A stretch of DNA of 47,266 bases, taken from NCBI GenBank assembly GCA_008369845.1, contig MRSU01010316.1, positions 1 through 47,266 of the forward strand, written 5' to 3'. Position numbers and translations under genes: made by a program. The notes under the pieces are model-generated. The model saw nothing but the letters and a program-made list of their open reading frames with translations. It did no database searches and had not been told where the DNA came from. Position 1 is the stretch's first letter; every line of letters starts with the position of its first letter. The stretch is from Trichomonas gallinae (lineage: Eukaryota). Shown here piece by piece: positions 41,060-47,266 of the stretch.

Positions 41060-42112
41060 TCATGACATGTCAGCAAAAAGAATAAAGAATGAATCTGAAG
41101 CAGACATGCAGAGAAGATTGTTGTTATATTTCATGTTAAATGACTCGCAAAATTTCGCTGCGAATTTCGTATAATCGACAAAATTTAGGTTTGAGAAATC
41201 ATCTTTTTGAATATAAGTTCCTTTGCAATTAGCAGTTGTATATAATGGAAGATTTAATTCATTTTCGTTTGTCAATGAATTCGTTATTGTTGGAACTCCT
41301 CCTGTGAAATAAGGAGCATCGAGATTGTTTACATATGAATTAGTAACATAAATTCCATTTCCACCCATGATACAAAATAAATAATTATCATCGGCAATGT
41401 TATCTTTTATCACGCATGACTCAATCCTAGTATAACAATTAACCCGAATTATTCCATATCCCGCCCCACAATGTTGCTCAACAATGTTGCATTGATGTAT
41501 TTTAACATTATTAGAATTAGAAGTACCTATGGTAATTCCTTGATTAGAAATTGAAGTATTATTTTTGAAATTTGATGTAGCAATCATTGAATTATTAGCA
41601 ACACTACTATAATAAAAACATGAATTATGACTATCTTTGCAATTTGTAATATTTGTTTGATTAACTTGGGCTAATCCATTTATAACATAATATACACCTT
41701 GACCATTGCTTACTAAATTAGTGAATGAACTTTGATGAATAAAATTCTTATAATTTTGATTATTTGTCACATAAACATATGAGTGAATTCCAACAGAATT
41801 ACAAGAACAATTTGTACAACAGCATTTACTCTGGACACACTGGCCAGTATGAAAGAAATAAATATTGGCACCATTTGATGAATTTCTGTTGTTTTTAAAG
41901 AAAGCTCGCTCTACAAGCAAAATAGTTTGATCAGAAGTATAATTATTGTAAAAAATAGCCCTTTGTGTTAAATCTGTAAATGTAACATCATGGACATAAT
42001 GATGCATTCTTTCGCTAATAAGGATAAGTTTTTTCGGCGATATTGAATGAATCTCATTATTGGGCCTAAGAGATCCAAAAAAATCAGCCCACTCCTTTTT
42101 AATACTTAACAT
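41060..42112 (-). CDS. Asn/Ser/Cys-rich right-handed beta-helix-like (pectin-lyase/Pmp-like) protein
   Basis: Repeating ..x-F-x-N-N/C strands (RAFFKNN, SSFTN, TNITNC, SNFKNN, CNIVEQ, SCVIKDN) and a GANIYF motif. First ATG at 42112. Confidence 0.65.
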   Translation of the reverse strand: MLSIKKEWADFFGSLRPNNEIHSISPKKLILISERMHHYVHDVTFTDLTQRAIFYNNYTSDQTILLVERAFFKNNRNSSNGANIYFFHTGQCVQSKCCCTNCSCNSVGIHSYVYVTNNQNYKNFIHQSSFTNLVSNGQGVYYVINGLAQVNQTNITNCKDSHNSCFYYSSVANNSMIATSNFKNNTSISNQGITIGTSNSNNVKIHQCNIVEQHCGAGYGIIRVNCYTRIESCVIKDNIADDNYLFCIMGGNGIYVTNSYVNNLDAPYFTGGVPTITNSLTNENELNLPLYTTANCKGTYIQKDDFSNLNFVDYTKFAAKFCESFNMKYNNNLLCMSASDSFFILFADMS

Positions 42113-43017
42113 TATCGTTTTCACAATGCTATAGTAATAATGTCTTCATATCAAGGAGTCAAGATCTGGCTATAACAAAATAATATGTACAAAAGGATCT
42201 TTTTTCAGATTTTTTGATAACAGAAAAAATTTTAATAAAGAAATGTATAATTTAATGAGCTCATTACTCTAATAGAATATTTTTTTGCCAATTTTCATTT
42301 TTGAATATATATTCGATGGAATATTATAGCATCAATGAATGGTGCATATTCAACTTTAATTTTAAATTATTTTTTTCTTTCTACAAAATTTCCTTTCATG
42401 AAATATATTTTTAATGATTAGATGAATAAAAATACAAAAGAAAATGATAGGGATAATTGATAGTTTCTTGAAAAATCACATGAAATTAATTTACTTGAAA
42501 TATTGGAACAAGACATCTTACACTCAGTTTTGATACAGATTTAAAAGGATCCAAATAATCAAAGTTCGATTTGCCAAAAGAAACAACTATAATTTAAGTG
42601 CTCAGAATGTTATACTTTACACTTTTGATTTAAAAGATATACTTGTTACAATAAGGTTCTTTTGTACAAGTTCATACTTTGATTTCCTGATTTATATAAT
42701 TTTCGATTTACAAAATAAGAATGTCATTTTTAAATACTCCTAATTTTCTGACAAAGATTACATGCTATGCTTTTAAATGCCCTAATTTTTCATGGAGAAT
42801 AATTTTTTTTCCAGCAAAATTTTCGGACACGTAAAGTATGGAATTCCATTTGATCAAACGGTGGTAAATTTATAACGCATATTTCTCATTTATTTGAGTA
42901 TATAGCTAATGATCCATATTTTTTTTTCCATTTTTGATGTTTGTCAAAAATTATTAAAAACAAATAAAATATGCTTAATTGCATATATTGATTATAACTA
43001 TGTGACGTGATTTAAAT

Positions 43018-43027
43018 TCATTTCACT
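43018..43027 (+). promoter_or_regulatory. Tandem Inr TCATT-TCACT
   Basis: TTCATTTCACTTCCAATAATG directly upstream of the NlpC/P60 ATG. Confidence 0.65.
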
Positions 43028-43034
43028 TCCAATA

Positions 43035-43378
43035 ATGAGTAGAGCTCAAATCGCAGCATCTACTAAAACAAAAATCGGAATAGAATACCAATGGGCTGAA
43101 GTAGGGCCTGATAAATTCGACTGCTTTGGCTTAGCTGTTTGGGCTCATGGAATTGACATTCCAAGAACCAGCGGAGATCAAGCCAATGGAGGAAAAGCTG
43201 TTAAGATTCCACAAGCAGGAGACTTATTACTGTTTTCTGCCGAGCTCAAACTAAATTTACACCGGAAAAGGGTAAAATGGTCCATGCTGCAAACGAATCA
43301 AAGCCAGTCTAGGAAGTTACCATGTCAGATTATTGGACCAATCGCCTTATAGCAGTAATGAGATATTGGAAAGAATAA
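43035..43378 (+). pseudogene. NlpC/P60 (C40) peptidoglycan endopeptidase pseudogene, single-domain type
   Basis: IG..Y.W...GP..FDC.GL.......IPRTS.DQ...G..V..PQAGDLL.F in the ORF frame; IYTGKG in the +1 frame (43255-43272); GKMVHAAN...V*EV..SDYW......RYW in the third frame, ending at TAA 43376-43378. The HVG segment is missing and there is an internal TAG at 43310. Confidence 0.88.
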
Positions 43379-43604
43379 TATTTTTCCAAATTTTTCTGTA
43401 ATTTTATTCAATAAGAATAAAAACAAATCAAATTTTGATCAATTTAATAGACGACCAAAAACTGTGAAAGATGAACTATTCTCAACTAATCTTTTATAAC
43501 GCATAAAACATTTCGTTCTAAATCAACAGAAATTTTGATGAGTTTCAATAAATAACACTTTATTCTCTATATATTCAAAACATAACAAAATTATTATTTT
43601 CCAA

Positions 43605-46064
43605 TCAATATTTTTGTTCACAAGAACATTCCCATATTCTTTTCCTAATAAAGAAATAGATACCAACAACACTAAGAACAACAAATACGAGTACTGAGAT
43701 GACTATGCTAGCAATTGCGCCTCCGCTGAGATTATCGTCAACTTTTTTGACAACATAGTTTAATGTTTTTTGGATATTCTCGAATATAATTTCATGCACA
43801 ATCACAGGCGAGATAAGGTTTTGATTCTTGTCAAGTGTGTGAACATAGAGCTTTGTCTTTCTGCTCTTTGGAATCTCAAAATCATACGGAAACACAATGT
43901 TAATAGAAAATTCTAAAGTCTTTTCTACTCCGTTTTCTTCATTTGTTGTTTTCAATTCAGTGACATCAAACGATTTTGTAAATATTAGATTTCCACTGTA
44001 ATCGCTAAACGTGTAACCGAACTTAATGTTATCCTCCCAGTCATCCATTAAGTTAGATAATTTGAACGTAAGTTTGATTTTATCATCCTTTCTATATCTG
44101 GTAATTTCTGTAGAATTTTGATCCACATGTCCAAGCTTAGAGTCTAAAATAAACACAGTTCTTCTTAATAAAACTGGTGATTCTGTTGTAGATATACATG
44201 ATTGTTTTGCTTCATCTGTGAATTTCAATTTGATGAACCTATATCCTCCATTTTTCTCACTTTCAGGGACAGTAATACTCAGTAAAAACAAAGAATAAGA
44301 ATGCTGATGCATCATTGGCCTTTCATATGATTTGATCCAGTTAACGACTTCATCATCTTTGTGATCGACAAATGCATAAAAAATCTCAGCATTGTTTATA
44401 TCATAGAACTTATCAATTGTTACTTCAAGGTTGATAATATCACCTACAGAGTAATTTGAACTTTCTGAATAATCAACAACTTTTGAGATATTTGGTGAAG
44501 GGTAAATTTCTGCATCAGTTAATTCTGAAACAATCTTTGTTTTTCCTTGATAAGCAGCAACATAAACGTAACGGACCTCTGTTTCTTGTTTTTCATATTC
44601 AAAAGAAAGCTTGCCATTGTTTAACGTTTCATCGCCATAGAATGGTTTTTTATCAAGGCCAATCTTGAATGTCATTGGTTTCAATTCTTCTGAAACATCA
44701 CAATAGAGATTTAATTTTCCATGAGATCTTAAGTATCTATTTCCATCTACTCTGCATTCTAATTTTGGTTTATTGACGACATTGATTTGGAATGGCATAA
44801 TCTGAGAGCGCTCTGCATTAAGAGTTAATACCTGGAACAATAGTTGATGGACGCCATTATATGTACCTACAGGAACTGTAAACTCAAATCTGAACTCAGT
44901 TGAATTTTCTGCGTGTCTATATAATCTTACAGCTTCATAAGTTGATGAAAGCTCTAAAAGAATTTCATCAGCAAATTGAACTATACCTAATAATTTTGAC
45001 ACTGTTGGTTTGGTGATTGTGACTTTGAATTCCAATGTATCTCCTCTGTAGATTCTTGCTGGTGGATTAACTAAAGCAAGATTTGAAACAACTGGTGCTG
45101 AAATCAAAAACAATTTAATGCTTGTTTTCTCAATGATTGTATTTTCATATGATATTAAAGCCAATGAAATTTGTTTTGTTTCAACTGTGTTTCCATGAAA
45201 ATCACACGTTAATATTTGACTTTCTTTGTCATAAACACAATCAAAGGTGTAATCAGCAACATTATATGTCATTTTTCCAACTTTTGCTTTGATTTTTGAA
45301 TAATGACCGCCTACAACTACGCATTTAATCTGGACTTCTTTGCTGTCGACTGAAAAATGGTTCGTTTCATTAATAATAGAGCATTCACACTTGCGAGTTA
45401 TAACAGTAAATTTTTCTTTCGTTGAAGCAAAGTCTGAATTTTGATCAGCTGCGTCTTCGAATTGAGCAATTAATTTGTAGTCTTTTACTTCTATATCTTC
45501 TGGAATACTGACAACAAAAGTATAAACATTGTCTTCAAAGTAAATGAATGAAGTTTCAAATTGTTCTAAATTTTCAAAACTGTTTCTATCTTGAGATGCA
45601 TCATAAAACGCATATTTAATTTTTGGGTGTTCTGACATGATTGTATTTGTAATTGTAGCTTTAAATTCAACATCTGTTGCTGGATAGATAGGCTTTGCTA
45701 AATCAGTACAAATAATTTCACTTAATATTGGCTTTGGAAGAATTGTGACATCAACTTGTGAATATTTTGCAATAGAATTTTCATTGATAACAGCTAAAGT
45801 AACTTTTGAATAAGCGGATTTTAATTCTGAATAAGAAACTTCAAAATTGTTTGTTCCTTTTTTTCGTGCTACATTGAGTGTATATTGATCTATATTTTCA
45901 ACATATTCACCAAACTTTGCTTTAACCAGTTCACCTTCCAAAATATTATTGCAATTAAAAGCAATTAAACCAGATTTCTGATTATATGGCGTCTGGCCTT
46001 CTCCAAGGGTACAGATCATCTCATTTTCCTTAACAGAACGTACGCTTAACAAAAAAATAAACAT
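43605..46064 (-). CDS. Type I surface membrane protein with repeated beta-sandwich (Ig/Bap-like) units
   Basis: Short hydrophobic leader MFIFLLSV, a beta-rich ectodomain with three similar ~205-aa units, TM GGAIASIVISVLVFVVLSVVGIYFFI + RKR, and a short tail. Confidence 0.82.
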   Translation of the reverse strand: MFIFLLSVRSVKENEMICTLGEGQTPYNQKSGLIAFNCNNILEGELVKAKFGEYVENIDQYTLNVARKKGTNNFEVSYSELKSAYSKVTLAVINENSIAKYSQVDVTILPKPILSEIICTDLAKPIYPATDVEFKATITNTIMSEHPKIKYAFYDASQDRNSFENLEQFETSFIYFEDNVYTFVVSIPEDIEVKDYKLIAQFEDAADQNSDFASTKEKFTVITRKCECSIINETNHFSVDSKEVQIKCVVVGGHYSKIKAKVGKMTYNVADYTFDCVYDKESQILTCDFHGNTVETKQISLALISYENTIIEKTSIKLFLISAPVVSNLALVNPPARIYRGDTLEFKVTITKPTVSKLLGIVQFADEILLELSSTYEAVRLYRHAENSTEFRFEFTVPVGTYNGVHQLLFQVLTLNAERSQIMPFQINVVNKPKLECRVDGNRYLRSHGKLNLYCDVSEELKPMTFKIGLDKKPFYGDETLNNGKLSFEYEKQETEVRYVYVAAYQGKTKIVSELTDAEIYPSPNISKVVDYSESSNYSVGDIINLEVTIDKFYDINNAEIFYAFVDHKDDEVVNWIKSYERPMMHQHSYSLFLLSITVPESEKNGGYRFIKLKFTDEAKQSCISTTESPVLLRRTVFILDSKLGHVDQNSTEITRYRKDDKIKLTFKLSNLMDDWEDNIKFGYTFSDYSGNLIFTKSFDVTELKTTNEENGVEKTLEFSINIVFPYDFEIPKSRKTKLYVHTLDKNQNLISPVIVHEIIFENIQKTLNYVVKKVDDNLSGGAIASIVISVLVFVVLSVVGIYFFIRKRIWECSCEQKY

Positions 46065-47266
46065 GAAAAATGCAGATTTTAATTATTAATTCAAAATTTA
46101 GAATTGAGAGTCTAAACCGAGAAATCGAAAAATTTGGTTGTTTCTACAATGCTAAGGACTCATTAATCTATATACGTTCAAAAAATCAAGATCGCTACAT
46201 TTTCAGGATAACACATTGAAAAAATAGAGGAAACCTTCAACGATTATTTTCGCCTCAAATTAAACTGTATTTATATTGGTATGATAACAATAACTAATAC
46301 AGCTAAAATATACAATTTTTGAGCTTCTTTTGCGCCGGTAGAAATTCAGAAGTTTTTATTAAATTGGAAGAATTTACGAGAATGCTAAGATAATATCATA
46401 AAATTTTGATAGTTGTGAGGATAACTATCTCAAAAATAATCGTTCATCTGAAATAATAAAAAATCGAATAATGAGAATATGATTTATCATATATCAGTCT
46501 ATTATGTTTATTTGAAAAGAGTATGAAAATATTTGATAAAAAATTATCGTTGTTTAGGACTATATTTTATATGGCTTGATTGATCCTCCTTTGAAAGACG
46601 ATTGTAATTATAATTAACATGCCACATGCTGTGAAACTAAATTACTGACTTTCGATTTTCAAGGAATTTATTGAAACTATTCCGTATTTATTAGATTTCT
46701 AATCACATTTGCGATTGCTATTGATAATATATTAATCTTTGTCATTGTATTATTGTTTTGAAATTATGAATTAAAGTTGACTGAAAAATTATGTATTTCT
46801 GTTGTGTATCATAGAAATAACGTAATTTAAACAGGTTTTCATGTAGTAATTCATTTATTTCTATTAATTTCATATTTTATTACATGAATTTAAGAAATAA
46901 GAATATGGTTATATTCATAAGTATGACATATTAACCTCAGATCCCAGATTTAAAGCTATTTTACTAAATAATTTTTTGGATTTTCGTAAAAAATATTGAA
47001 TTTTCGGCATATCTATAAATTTAGATTATTAGAAGCTTTGCTGGATCTATCAGGTCCATAAATAAAAGTTTCTTCTCTATTAATATTATTTGAATCAAAT
47101 TTATGATTGGTAATATATATTATACACTTTTCTTCATGATTTAATCGACATAATAGAGGATTTGTAATTATTTCTAAAGTTAATTGCAGTTTCAACACAA
47201 TTTTCTATTGATTTTTATGATCATCTGAAAAATATAAAATTTCAAATTTTTGTGTGTTTTCGGATC

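Noticed and set aside
1..47266. Transposons (Maverick, mariner, Mutator, Kolobok)
   Set aside because: No transposase, integrase, DNA polymerase B or packaging-ATPase motifs, and no terminal inverted repeats were recognised.

Overview
AT-rich, gene-dense, apparently intron-free eukaryotic DNA, very probably from Trichomonas vaginalis or a close trichomonad. Evidence: an IBP39-type initiator-binding protein, TCA(T/C)(T/A) Inr motifs just upstream of ATGs, TAAA signals overlapping stop codons, BspA-like and NlpC/P60 genes, and a CCLLI C-terminus. The left ~37 kb holds mostly housekeeping-type genes: tRNA-Ser(GCT), a large repeat-rich protein, APC10, a Pro/Ala-rich protein, an IBP39 paralog, an EF-hand protein, a PPP phosphatase, a BRO1 protein, ARM-like and GT-C-like proteins, and a 12-kb axonemal dynein heavy chain. 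The right ~10 kb is an accessory zone of surface-protein families and decaying genes: beta-helix-like genes, a BspA-like gene with in-frame stops, a disabled bacterial-type NlpC/P60 hydrolase and an Ig-like membrane protein. I see no transposon, CRISPR array, rRNA or clearly new multi-gene system. The best leads are (i) a helically phased TTACATGACA array upstream of the IBP39 paralog, plus TGACA clusters in other promoters; (ii) two adjacent long ORFs where an Inr is followed by GTG or TTG instead of ATG; (iii) the NlpC/P60 pseudogene; (iv) two intergenic hairpin-rich ncRNA candidates. All family assignments come from motif recognition by eye, not from database searches.
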